From Octopus vulgaris (lineage: Eukaryota), in the NCBI GenBank assembly GCA_951406725.2, contig OX597823.1, positions 112,654,001 through 112,718,000 of the forward strand: a DNA stretch of 64,000 bases. The letters run 5' to 3'. Shown here piece after piece: positions 25,166 to 38,543 of this stretch; the stretch's first letter is position 1, and the number at the start of each line of letters is the position of its first letter. The notes below the pieces were generated by a model. That model was not told the DNA's origin. It made no database searches and saw nothing but the letters and a program-made list of their open reading frames with translations. Both the position numbers and the translations under genes were made by a program.

Positions 25166-25750
25166 ATACACACAGGTAAGTTGGTGGTAGAGTAGATGTA
25201 CGAAGGTAATCTAAGTCGGTGCACGTATAGTTTTTTGTAGATGTGTAAGTGAAACGTATATTCGTGTGTGTCTGCATCTACGCATGTCTGTGTTTGTCGA
25301 TTTGTTTTATGTCTGTTTTACTCCTGCTCGCATGGGTCTGACAAATACACGCTATTGTGGCATTGTTTTCATAGTTCGATGCTCTTCATGTTATTAACCC
25401 TTCCCTTTTTATTCCATTCATCTCCGAAAGCACAACTGCCAGAAAATATGTTGAAAGGGAAGTGCGGACAAGCCTCATTGTTCATATCTCTAATCGATTT
25501 TCATGCAAAGCACAAAAGGCAAACTCTCACAAAGACACCGACACACCCACACTTATAAATGTCAGGCTTTTTACTTGATATTCTCTTTACCAGATCTTTT
25601 CCCCACAAGCCCCGAGCTAAACTAAATGATATTTGCCCAAGGTGCCATGCAATGAGAATGATCCAGAAATTGTATTGTTGTAAAGCAAACTGCTTAACCA
25701 TACATGGCACTGCTTAACTCATGGCTGCACACACACACACACACATGCAT

Positions 25751-25784
<34 letters not shown>

Positions 25785-27677
25785 TTATATATATAGACAT
25801 ATATATATATTTGTATGTTTCCATGCATGTTTTTACTTGTGAATTGGTGTGTAAGTTTCAGTGTGTGTGTATATATATTGGAGTGTATACATATGTGTGT
25901 ACGTCTGTGCATACATACTCATATATACAAAGTTAAATGCACACACACACACATTCACATACACACACACACACATGTTTGTGCATGTGCACCTGCACAT
26001 ATGTGTGTGTAGAAGGTGCATTCCAAAAATTTAAGACTTTCACTGGGGTGACATTTAATTTATGAAAAGAAGTACAAAACTCTAACCTCTTCCAAAGTAG
26101 GACATTCTGCACACTGGCCACCTTTTGAAGGCCTGCATAGATATCTGCCAAAGTGAGGGCCCTTGTCACAGCCTCCATTATATTTTCTTTCAGCTTAGAG
26201 GACAACACATATACACACTGTATTCATATATACTTACAGATACATGCACACATAGATATAGACATGCATCCATCAGTTACACAGATGCATACACACACTA
26301 TCTTACATAATACGTAATAAACATCCTATCATATCTTATTATCATATCTTATCTCGCACACACACACACACACACTTACACACACACACAGAGTAATTAT
26401 CCTATTTTAACTCCAAGATAAGAAACCGCCAATTTTAACAGTTGATGTAATTACAACAACCTTTAAACAAAAAGTTGACTTCAAACAAGGTTTACTCCCT
26501 CACCAAGGTTCACAGAATCAATCAAATAAACTGACCCCAGTGAGATTAAGGAGGTTGATCATCAACAAGCAGATCGACTCAAATATGAAGGCCTAGCCTA
26601 CCCTAACAAGAATGTCCATCTGAGAAGGCCATGAGGAGCATAGTACCCTCCTCCAAGCCACATTAATAAAAATAGGATTCACTTGAACAAAGTGTTCATT
26701 AAAAGGAAAAGAAAAAAACGTGAGGTAAACCAGGGTCTTTAGAAAAAAACAAGTGAGAGAGAGAGATGAAGTATGAGAAGATAGTGATGGTGAAGAGAGA
26801 GCAATAAAGAGTGAAAGACAGGAATGGTGGGGTGGAGAGAAGTGTGAGAAACAGGGATGGAGAGAAAGGAGAGCGAGAGAGAGAACAGCACAAAACACAA
26901 AATGTGAGCTTGTAAGTAATCACTAGAACCAAAGGACCGAATCTATCTGAAATTACGCTCTACTATGTTAGAAAATGAAGGACACATTGGATAACAGAGT
27001 CCCAAATATAGAGCCAATGTCTGGAATACCTTTGATCACATATATGCGGGATGAGGGTTCACCTGTCTCTAAATAATAATAACAGCATAACATAATTCAA
27101 ATGTGCTGCATTGCAGCCCATCAGCAAATATACTTCACTCTACTTGCATATAAGTCCCTGACCAGAAGTTCATTTAATTTAATTTCAAGGTAATCTGAGT
27201 ACAAAGGTCTTGGTCATTGCCTCCATGAGACCCAACACTTGAAAGGAACTCAGTCACTTTACCTCTGTGAGGCCTAATGCTCGAATGGAACTCAGCCAAA
27301 CTCTGGCAAATTGGAAAAGATACCTTACTGTATCTGTCCTAAGTCTTGGCATCCTGATACAATATCTGCCACACTGGTACTGAGCTGTATCAGCTTCGTT
27401 CTGGAGAGGAAGAGCCTTGCATGCATGGCCAACTGCTGATCTTTCCTAAAAACTCAAATAAATAAACAGATTAATAAAAAATCAAAATAAAACTTAGCCC
27501 AGGTGTGTGTCTTTGAGAAGAAATTCCCAGATGCAGAAACAGATGGTTAGCCGATTAACCATCTCTAAAAGAGGCCCCTATATATATATATATATATATG
27601 TTGCGTGTGTGTGTGTGTGTGTGCGCGCGCACACATTTGTTGCTGTGTTAGTGTGTATATGTATATGTGTTTATATA

Positions 27678-27896
27678 CTTTACTTAAAAGCAGCAGGAAT
27701 ATAACAAAAGCTGTTACTCAGAGTTTCATGTTTTGTTAAAATTTTAACAAAACTGTCTGACGAACGGGAACGTGAAACTCTGAGTAACAGCTTTTGTTAT
27801 ATTTCTGCTGCTTTTAAATAAAGCATATTACTCTACCTCTCGTATTTGAGTACTCTTTTCCCACCTTGTTTCACATTTATGTGCTTACTCCGGTAT
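27678..27896 (+). mobile_element. Non-coding palindromic solo pLTR of a sister subfamily of the Naiad element
   Basis: The 3' part is highly similar to 13655-13806 (..taaagcatattactctacc..tcacatttatgtg..actccggta). The 5' part is an inverted copy. TA-rich flanks. Confidence 0.85.
27753..27790 (+). ncRNA. Minimal type I hammerhead ribozyme
   Basis: ctgt-CTGACGA-acg GGAA cgt-GAAA-ctc t gag-TA-acag; all stems pair. Confidence 0.9.
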
Positions 27897-28872
27897 ATGG
27901 TTATATATATATACATGAATGTGTCTATATGTGTCCGCACACACACACAAGCGCTCTCTCTATAGTGTATTGTTGAGTTTTAAGAATATCAATAACAACA
28001 ATAGAATCAACAAATTCAACTGGATTCCTCTGCTTCTCACTTAATATTCAGTATTCGAGTGTAACCTCATCTCTTATGCAACTCATTCCTCTATTGTCAA
28101 TGTATTGTGATGGCCATTGTTATTAACATCATTAGTATAATTAGCATCTCGTTACACACCTTTATTGCTTGAAAACTGTCTCTACCTCTTCCTCCACCAC
28201 CACCATCCTCTTTATCCCCTTCGCCATCATTATCAGTTGTTTTGAAATGCTGCAAGGGAGACATTATCATTTGGGTTTCTATTCGCTTTTATGGTCAATT
28301 CTCTGAACCCCCGCAGATTACTGGTGTTTTTATCAAACAGAAGAATCAATGTTGCTTTTCTTTTATTTTTAGCCCATGGTCAGCCATCATTGAGCAGACC
28401 TTCCAAGTCTTTTATTTTTAAGGACCTCCTCCTTCACCTCCCCTCTTCATCCTCCTCCCTCTTCTGCTTCCTCTACCTCCTTTTCCTCTTCTTCCTCCTC
28501 TTCCCTTTCCTCCTCTACTTCATCCTCCTCTCCCTCCTTTTCCTCTACTTCCTCCTTTTCCTTTTCTCCCTCCTTTTCTTCATCCTCCTTCTTTTCCTCT
28601 GCCACAAAGAATCCCTCTCAACACATGGCTATGATGCTCCCCTACTACTTCTGCTCATGATCAGAGATGCACATATCATTAGCCACCAAGGGACATGCTC
28701 AACAGGTTAAGGTCAAACAACTGACAAGCAAATCTGTGGTATTGAGCAGAATATTTGCTGTTGCCCATCTTTTATACCAAGACAAAACGATGTACATGAT
28801 GACACTTCCAATCAGTTAAGATCAGAAGCCACGAGAGCCACTGCCTGGTACTGCATCAGGGCATTAGAAAGA

Positions 28873-28989
28873 CGTTTACAGCACCTAGGTTTCCCAAGCG
28901 GTCACCCATCTAAGTACTAACTAGGCTCGATGTTGCTTAACTTCTGTGATCGGATGAGAACCGGTGTTTACAAAGTGATATGGCCGTAA

Positions 28990-28991
<2 letters not shown>
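28873..28991 (-). rRNA. RNA5S: 5S rRNA, solitary full-length copy (orphon or pseudogene)
   Basis: Reverse complement ATTTACGGCCATATCACTTTGTAAACACCGGTTCTCATCCGATCACAGAAGTTAAGCAACATCGAGCCTAGTTAGTACTTAGATGGGTGACCGCTTGGGAAACCTAGGTGCTGTAAACG; 119 nt, matches metazoan 5S. No tandem neighbours and only a weak terminator. Confidence 0.92.
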
Positions 28992-29025
<34 letters not shown>

Positions 29026-29861
29026 CATTGTATACAGTAGGATGGAAATTGAGGGAGATTTGATTGCTATTTCTAACTTGTAGATAAACCATATAGAGGC
29101 TTCAGTGTTGGTTCAGATTAAAAGATTTTACAAAACGTGATGTAAGATCGTATGTTTTTATATATCTCAATATATATATATGTGTGTATATATACTGAGA
29201 TGTTTGTGTGTATATATGTGTGTGTGTATATATATGTGTATGTTTGTGTGAGTGTGTCGTCGCATCTGTATCTGTGTGTGTGTGTGTATGTTTGTGGATA
29301 CGTGCGCAGTGGTTACGTGTGTGTGTGTGTGTCTTTTTGGTTATTTGTTTTTACTTTGTTAAATTATAGTGAAACTTTATTCCCAGGTGAAACACCAATA
29401 AACTGACCAATATTGCTCTCCTCCTTCTCTGGACCTTCATCTCCAGCCTCCTCCTCTCCTAAATTCTCTTGCTTCTCTCTCCCTCTCTCTCTCTCTCCTC
29501 CCTGAAGAACATCTCTGTCTGAAATACCAGAATATTCTCCTCCCATGGTGTACAAACTCCACCAACTTTAAAACTTTACCAATTAATACAGTTTTTATTG
29601 ACAAAGACCAATAGTGGTCTCCCTAGACTCTTCCAACTTACATGTATATATATATATCATCAATATTATCATTGTTTAACGTCCGTTCTCCATGCTAGCA
29701 TGGGTTGGACGGTTCGACCGGGGATCTGGGAAGCCAGAAGGCTGCACTAGGCTCCAGTCTTATCTGGCAATGTTTCTACAGCTGGATGCCCTTCCTAACG
29801 CCAACCACTCCGTGAGTGTAGTGGGTGCTTTTTACGTGCCACCCGCACAGGTGCCAGGCGA

Positions 29862-30259
29862 CTAGCAGTATTGCCCGGCGTTGCTCGGGTTTGTAAGGGA
29901 AATAACTATATAAGCATTTTTAGAGAGTTATAGCCAAAAAATAGCAAAAAAATGCATCAAAAATGGAAAAAAAAATTATGGTAAATTTTTTTAAAAATCG
30001 TTGACTCATCGTAGACATTTTTAGAGAGTTACTTCCCTTATATAATATCGAAAAAATGCATTAAAATGGAAAAAATGATGGTAAATTCTTTTTAAAATCG
30101 TAGACTCATCGTAGACGCGCGCTAATACCCTGAAGGGCTCGATATGAATCACGACTATAAGATACCCGGTTTTGGTTAAACTGCACCGCAAAATGTGGGA
30201 GTAGTTAGGAATCTAATTCGTAGGAGACAGACACACAACTTCACTTTTATATATAAAGA
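29862..30259 (-). mobile_element. Non-autonomous Helitron
   Basis: On the minus strand it starts TC(TTTATATATAAAAG) and ends CTAG, preceded by the hairpin CCCGAGCAACGCCGGG. Inserted between A and T with no TSD. Confidence 0.85.
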
Positions 30260-30325
30260 TATATATATGTATGTCTGTATTTATTGATAGATTGATATTA
30301 AAATGTGAGTATCCATATATCTATC

Positions 30326-30357
<32 letters not shown>

Positions 30358-30574
30358 CTTGTGTATATATACGCACACATAGTATATGCATTGGGTGGGT
30401 TTTGTAAGGCTGTGTTTTGTTTGGAATGCCCTTCCTGTCATCAAGCGTTTTGGCTGCCTCCTACAATCTGTGGTGTATTGGGTCGAAAATCATGCTACAC
30501 ATCATATTTATTAATACATGTATGTATGTATGTATGTATGTATGTATGTATGTATATATATATATATATATATT

Positions 30575-30836
30575 TAAGTAGGTGAATGAATTATCCTATG
30601 TTTATCGTCAGCATGGAAAATTCGTTTAACCGAAACCTGGGTAGCAAATTCACGTCAGAAAACACGGTTGAAGCGACCTGTCAAGGGTAGAAACTCCGGG
30701 TTCATGTGTAGAAATTTGTGTGTTGTATATGAATAAATGAAAGAATGGAGTTGAACGAAGATGTTAACAAAATTCCTTTACTCTCGACACATGCTTCGAA
30801 GACAGCGTTCGACTCCATTCTTTCATTTATTCATAT
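30575..30836 (-). mobile_element. Truncated copy of the second PLE-derived family with inverted repeat
   Basis: Shares its outer end (taagtag.tgaatgaattatc) and body with 40961-41180. 30727-30757 and 30806-30836 are inverted repeats. (TA)n flanks. Confidence 0.72.
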
Positions 30837-30861
30837 ATATATATACAAAAATATATATATA

Positions 30862-31099
30862 TCTCTTCTCTTTGAAAAGTTCCCCCAGTTCTGAAAAAGA
30901 TCGATAAATTCGACATGGGGTCGAGAATCAGAAACCCAAATCACAGACCGTCTAGGGGACGCAACTCCACCTTTTTAACTCTCAAAAAAATTTACCATCA
31001 TTTTTTTTCCCATTTTTTTGCTAAATTTTTTGGCTATAACTCTCTAAAAATGCTTTATAGTTATTTCCCTTACAAACCTGAGCAACGCGGCGATATAGT
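30862..31099 (+). mobile_element. Related Helitron 3' fragment, opposite orientation
   Basis: About 30985-31090 is the reverse complement of about 29875-29990. Degenerate terminal hairpin. Confidence 0.7.
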
Positions 31100-31735
31100 A
31101 TATATATATATATAGATAGATAGATAGATAGATATGTATACATTCACATATATGCGTATATGTTTCCTTTGAGCATCAACGTAATAATATCGATTGTGAA
31201 TGTCTGTTGGACTTAGTTTTAGTGTTTGGTTTTGTCTTTTGTTATTTTATTTGCTTCTTCTCTCCTTTTCTCTCTTCCTCTCTATCGTTACACACACACA
31301 CACACACGCATATAAATATAAATGTGTATGCATATATAAATATACGTATAGCTATACTTATGTGATTTTCTAAATATATGCATATAACTACATACATATA
31401 AATACATATTCAGCTCTCCTGAGAGCTACATGTGTATATATTCATATATATACATCCTAGATATATCTGCATGTATGTATATACACTCACACACGTCCGT
31501 GTGTGAGTGACTATGTATGCATGCGTTTGTGTGCCTGTATTTGTGTGTGCAGCACATGTAAGTACAATGAAGGTCTGACGTGGGCTTAAACTTTGACATT
31601 AGATAAAGGTAACTCCTGCAACTTTAAAAACTTGTTCGCTTCATGGTTTAGTTACAGGCATACGTACACTCTTCTTTACGCACACATGCCTACACTCTTA
31701 AGCAATCTTCTACACACATATTATATATGTATATA

Positions 31736-31767
<32 letters not shown>

Positions 31768-31828
31768 CATACATATATATATATATATATACATACATAT
31801 ATATATGCATATATATATACATATATAC

Positions 31829-31878
<50 letters not shown>

Positions 31879-32172
31879 GCATATATATATACATATATAT
31901 ACATATATATATGTATGTATATATATATACATATATTTGAACATATGTACATACACACTTTCTCACAGCCACCTGTATGCATATTCTCACACTCAATCAC
32001 ATACGCACACACACACACACACACACACCTTTGGTACATATGCATCAAGATGTGTAACAGACTGACGGACAGACGGGCGTAAAAGCTATGAATTCCATCA
32101 GCAGTTTTAATTAAAATACTGAAAGAATGGGATGTGTATCTAGAGCTGGAGCAGTTCATCATCACCATCATT

Positions 32173-32212
<40 letters not shown>

Positions 32213-32310
32213 CCTTTATTTTCATAATCATCATTGGCGTCGTTGTCGTCGTCATCATCATGATCGTCATCATCATCTTCACAGTTATCACTGTCATCTT
32301 CACCATTATT

Positions 32311-32347
<37 letters not shown>

Positions 32348-32459
32348 ATCGTTTGTTCATTATCATTACCATCGTTATTATCAAAATCATCAATGTTATA
32401 TTCAGCTTTATTAACTGCTGTTGTGTAAGAATATATGTGTGTGTATATATATATGTATA

Positions 32460-32503
<44 letters not shown>

Positions 32504-32676
32504 GTGCACATGTGTGTGTGTGCATGCATGTGTATAGATGTGTGTATACTTGTGTAAACCATTAACTATCATGGTTGTATGTATAGATGTATAGATATGT
32601 GGTTGCATGTGTGTTGCCACATGCAAATACAACTGCAAGGTATTTTGGTGCAGAGGAAATTACTTTGCTGCACATT

Positions 32677-32898
32677 CCACCACCATCACCTCCACCACCA
32701 CCACCACCACCACCACCACCACCACCACCACCACCACCACCACCACCACCACCACCACCACATCCACCACCACCACCACCACCACCACCACATCCACCAC
32801 AACCACCACCACCACCACCACCACCACCACCACCACCACCACATCCACCACCACCACCACCACCACCACCACCACCACCACCACCACCTCCATCACCA
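32677..32898. repeat. (CCA)n trinucleotide tract
   Basis: Direct observation. Confidence 0.95.
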
Positions 32899-33268
32899 TT
32901 AAGGCCCTGTAGCAGTACACTATTATCACACACACAGTAAGAGGGGTTTCTCTTGTTGAATCTACCTCCCTCTGTCACTCACATCTCTCTCATTGTAACT
33001 CCTCCTGCCCCACTTACTCTCTGCCACTCTCTCGCTGTATATGTCTCATTTATACTCTCTCTCTCTCTTTCTCACTCTCTCTCTCTCTTTCTCCCACCCT
33101 CTCTCTCTCTCTCTCTCCATCTTTTTCTGTCTTTATGTCTACCTCTCTCTCTCTATTTTCAACTCTCTGCTTATTTCTCTCTTTCTCTTCTCTGTACATC
33201 TCAGTATCTCTCCTTGTTTCTTTATACCCCTTTATCTGTGAATACACACACACACACACACACACACA

Positions 33269-33620
33269 GGCGTAGGAGTGGCTGTGTGGTAAAAAGCTTG
33301 CTTACCAACCACATGGTTCCGGTTCAATCCCACTGTGTGGCAAGTGTCTTCTACTATAGCCTCGGGCTGACCAAAGTCTTGTGAGTGGATTTGATGGATG
33401 GAAACTGAAAGAATCTTGTCGTATATATATATATATATGTTTGTCCCTCCCCACCATTGTTGGTATGTTTATGTCCCCCTAACTTAGCGGTTTGGCAAAA
33501 GAGACTGATAGAATAAGTACTAGGCTTACAAAGAGTAAGTCCTTGGGGCGATTTGTTGGACTGGAGGCGGTGCTCCAGCATGGCTGCAGTCAAATGATTG
33601 AAACAAATAAAAGAATAAAA
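33269..33620 (+). mobile_element. SINE family A (internally deleted)
   Basis: Match to family A with small deletions. Confidence 0.85.
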
Positions 33621-34401
33621 AATAATATATATATATTTATCTTCCTCTGTCTGTCTGTCTGTCTCTGTTCTTCTCTCGTCATCTTTCTCACTCTCCTTCT
33701 CTCCCCCAAATCCTCTGTCCCCATCCCCTTGTCATATTCTCATTTTCTCTCCTCTTCTCTCTCTGTCTCTCTCTCTCTAAGTTATTGTTTATATTTCTTA
33801 CTTCTCTTTATGTCTGTACCTTCTCTTTCCCCTCCACTCTCTAATCTCTACCACATCCAAACTCAGACATGTGGGGACACACACACACACACACACACCC
33901 TTTCTCTCTCTCTCTCTCTCTCTTCACTCACTGTTCCTTCCTCTCCTTCTCTCACAAACACACACAGGTGCTTGTCTTTAGCTTTGTCTTGTCTCTCTTT
34001 ATCTCTTCCTGCATTTCCTCACCTATCCAACTGTCCATCCATTCACTCACCTGTCCACTTATCCATCTATCTTCCCACCTACTTATTTATATACCTACCA
34101 ATATACCTATCTACCTGTCTACCTATCCATCTATCCATCCAGCTGTCTGCCTGTTGATCCATCTATCTATTTCCCTCTGTTGTTCCATCTCTCTCTCCCT
34201 GTTTCTCTCTCCAACACTCTCTCACACCCACACACACACACATACACACATGAATCAAAGCTTTCGCTTTTATATTTCCTCTCTCTCCCCTCCTGCATTA
34301 CCTCTCCCTTTTCATACCACTCTCTTTACTTCCTTAATTTCTTTTATTATTTTCCACTGTGTGGTGATAGCAAGAGTGCTGTGGGTGTGTTGATGAACAC
34401 C

Positions 34402-34440
<39 letters not shown>

Positions 34441-34728
34441 GAGAGAGAGAAAGGAAATCAACAGAGCACACCATAGAACACAGGAATAAAATCCATTAAT
34501 TTATCTTGCCTGACTCTTAAAGAATTTTGATGCTATAACCCAGAGACTGAACATATGGAATCCTCAGACTGAAGCATTGTGATTCCAACTTAGTTCGATC
34601 TCATTAGCCTCAACGCTCACTTGTTCAGACTGTTTATAAACATGTCTACCCATCTTAGGCTTCTTTGTTACCTCTGCATTCAACATGTACAGTACACCTG
34701 CTTCTCTACTGGTGCTACAGTAGAAATC

Positions 34729-35138
34729 TGGCGAGTTGGCAGAAACGTTAGCACGCCGGGCGAAATGCTTAGCGGTATTTCGTCTGCCATTACGTTCTGT
34801 GTTCAAATTCCGCCGAGGTCGACTTTGCCTTTCATCCTTTCGGTGTTGATAAGTAAAGTACCAGTTACGCACTGGGGTCAATGCAATCGACTTAATCCCT
34901 TTGTCTGTCCGTGTTTGTCCCTTCTGTGTTTAGCCCCTTGTGGGTAGTAAAGAAATAGATATTTCATCTGCTGTTACATTCTGTGCTCAAATTCCACCGA
35001 GGTTGACTTTGCCTTTCATCCTTTCGGTGTTGATAAGTACCAGTTACGCACTGGAGTCGATGTAATCGACTTAATCCCTTTGTCTGTCCTTGTTTGTTCC
35101 CTCTTTGTTTAACCCCTTGTGGGCAATAAAGAAATAAG
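34729..35138 (+). mobile_element. SINE family B, dimeric form
   Basis: Full unit plus a second unit from about 34959. Confidence 0.88.
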
Positions 35139-35779
35139 AAATCCTGTTCTGTTTCTACAATCCTTCTAGACTGATTAGTGAGTGAAACAACTTCTCTAGT
35201 GCTGGTGCCATGGCAAAATACACCAAATATACACCATGAAGGTATGGCAAATAAGAAGAGAGAGCATTGGGTAATGAAATACCATTTAGTCTTCTCTCTC
35301 TCTCTCTCTCTGAAGACATTTTAGTCTCTCTTCTTTTGGTGCTATAAGAAAATACATCTAGTATACCGTGTTCAAAGTAGTCGGTAATAGGGAGGGCATC
35401 AAGCTATAGAATTCAAGCTAGATGATATGCATGAGCACCAAGTTTTTGGCAGCAACAGCTCATAGCAGTCAGAAATGATTGGGATCATGACAACCTGTTC
35501 AGCCCGTGCCTGCATGGGCTGAACAGGTGTTATACGATGATAAGGTGGTGAGGTGGTCCAATTGTCACTGCACCAGACGAAATGCTTAGCAGCATTTCTT
35601 CTATCTCTTAACATCAGGAGTTCGAATTCTGCTGAGGATGACTTTGCCTTTCGTCCTTTTGGCATTGATAAAATAATGTACCAGCTGCACAATGGGGTTG
35701 ATGTTGTCGACTTAATCATTCCTTTAAAATTGTGCTAAAAGTAGTAAAAAAGAATTATATGATGATTGCTGATATATAT

Positions 35780-36186
35780 ACTCTGTTACCTTTTTTACCT
35801 GTTTCAGTCATTTGACTGCGGCCATGCTGGAGCACCGCTTTTAGTCGAGCAAATCGATCCCGGTACTTATTCTTTGTAAGCCCAGTACTTATTCTGTCGG
35901 TCTCTTTTGCTGAACCACTAAGTTACAGGGACGTAAACACGCCACCATCAGTTATCAAGCGATGTTGGGTGGAGACAAACACAGACACACAAACACACAT
36001 ATATATATACATATACACACATATGATGGGCATCTTTCAGTTTCCATCTACCAAATCCACTCACAAGGCTTTGGTCGGCCCAAGGCTATAGTAGAAGACA
36101 TTTGCCCAAGGTGCCACGCAGTGGGACTGAACTCGGAACCATGTGGTTGGTAAGCAAGCTACTTACCACACAGCCACTCCTGCACC
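35780..36186 (-). mobile_element. SINE family A
   Basis: Match to family A. Confidence 0.9.
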
Positions 36187-36910
36187 TACTATAATCATGA
36201 TATTTCGTATTGCTGAACTTTATTTACAATTTCTAATCTCCCTCGATTACATGGGTCTATACATGCATACACATGTCTTATGAGCTTATGTCCTCATCAT
36301 ATACTCAAATAGAAGGCCTTACTTCATTTATTCGAATTATTTTAATATACACATGTGTTTATTGATCCTAAAAGTACATAAATGTACATATAATTGTGTC
36401 TTATAAATCAGTAGAAATATGTTCTCGTTTATTTGGATGTAAATTACTGACAACCGAAGTTTATATCTTCTACTAAAAATTTGTGTGTGTGTGTGTATTT
36501 ATTCATGTATATGTCACCAATCCATCATCATCACCATTATCATCATCATCATTTTATATCCATTCGTCTGTGCTTCGTATATGGGTAGTGTGGGTTTCAC
36601 TGTATTTTATCGTTTGTTGCAGTTGTCTACATCATCTGCATCATATAGCAACAACATGGTAAACTGGCCAACATCATTGATGCGTAAGATGTTTGACATT
36701 ATGTCCCTATGTTCTTTAATTCAGTTTCTTATTCTTTCATACATTGGTACCTCTTTGGCTGGTTCTAGTTGGGATATTCAGTTTCTCTGGGAAGTGGCTG
36801 CTAGCCTCCTTCGCCGCTTCCACTCCACTCATTCTGCCCTTCTCCATCTCTGGAGGAAGGGTCCCAAAATGTTCCTCAAGAAATGTCTCACAACACAACA
36901 TATCCATTTC

Positions 36911-36954
<44 letters not shown>

Positions 36955-37264
36955 GAGAGAAGTGGCTTGTGGGGAGAGAGGTGGAGGTAGGGAGAGTGAG
37001 GTAAAGAGAGGTAGGGAGAGAAAAGAAGCAATCTTGAGAGGATGAAAGGCAAAATTGATCTTGAGAAGGCTTGAATTCAGAGAACCAGAAGAAACCCTTC
37101 AATGCATTCTGTCCAATGCTCTCACAAACTCAGCCAATTTGTCTCCAACATGTTCTCATCCATTCCTATGATCTTTGGTATCTTGTATGAACATACCTGG
37201 TTTGCTAATTGCCATACGCTCACATTGTTGGTGGTGGTGATGGTGGGTGTGTGTGGGTGTGTAT

Positions 37265-37494
37265 TCTTTTATTCTTTTACTTGTTTCAGTCATTTGACTG
37301 CGGCCATGCTGGAGCACTGCCTTTAGTCAAAGAAATCAACCCCAGGACTTGTTCGTTGTAAGCCTAGTACTTATTCTATGAGTCTCTTTTGCTGAACTGC
37401 TAATTTACAGGGACGTAAACACACCAACATCAGTTGTCAAGTGATGTTGGGGGACAAACACACACATGCACACACACACACGCACACACACACG

Positions 37495-37559
<65 letters not shown>

Positions 37560-37705
37560 GATGGGCTTCTTTCAGTTTCCATGTACCATATCCACTCACA
37601 AGGCTTTGGTTGACCCAAAGCTATAGTAGAAGACACTTACCCAAGGTGCTACGCTGTGGGACTGAACCCGAAACCATGTAGTTGGGAAGCAAGCTTCTTA
37701 CCACA
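37265..37705 (-). mobile_element. SINE family A
   Basis: Match to family A. Confidence 0.88.
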
Positions 37706-38133
37706 TGTAGTTTGCTAGTTTAGAAGAGCAGGATAAGTTGCAGTAGTGGTAGTAGAGACAGCGAGAGGATACAGTATTTTTATGTGCAAGTTGTTGTTAA
37801 GGTCTGGGAATAATGGCAAGTGTCTTGTTGACACACGCACACACTCCCTACAGCAACATTCTCAGGGTTTGAACCTCTGATCTATTAGCTTTTTGATAAC
37901 CTATAACCTTGTTTATCTAATGCTTTGAATAGTTTGTATTTCAGTTTCTTGCCCCTGCTAGAAATAGCTGGCAAGTCTCTCTCAGACTATGCACTACTTA
38001 AATAAAAATGAAAGTCATTTGATCATATAGTCCTCGACAGATTATGTCTGAATAAGAGACAGGGGAGTCATGGGTGGAAGATTTTTGATGATAGGTTTGC
38101 TAGATGTGAGTTGAAATGAGAGCTAAACAATGA

Positions 38134-38543
38134 GGTGCTGGCAGAAACGTTAGCACGCCCGGCGAATTGCGTAACCGTATTTCGTCTGCTGTTACGTTCT
38201 GAGTTCAAATTCCGTCGAGGTCGACTTTGCCTTTCATCCTTTCGGGGTCGATAAATAAAGTACCAGTTTCGCACTGGGGTCGATGTAATCGACTTAGTCC
38301 CTTTGTCTGTCCTTGTTTGTCCCCTCTGTGTTTAGCCCCTTGTGGGTAGTAAAGAAATAGGTATTTCGTCTGCTGTTACGCTCTGAGTTCAAAATCCGTC
38401 GAGGTCGACTTTGCCTTTCATCGTTTCGGGGTTGATAAATAAAGTACCAGTTTTGCACTGGGGTTGATATAATCGACTTCATCCGTTTGTCTGTCCTTGT
38501 TTGTCCCCTCTGTGTTTAGCACCTTGTGGACAATAAAGAAATA
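38134..38543 (+). mobile_element. SINE family B, dimeric form
   Basis: Full unit plus a second unit from about 38360. Confidence 0.88.

Noticed and set aside
32127-32978. Poly-His/Pro/Thr/Gly/Asp ORFs
   Set aside because: (ATC)n and (CCA)n tracts are open in nearly all frames, with no splice or domain evidence.
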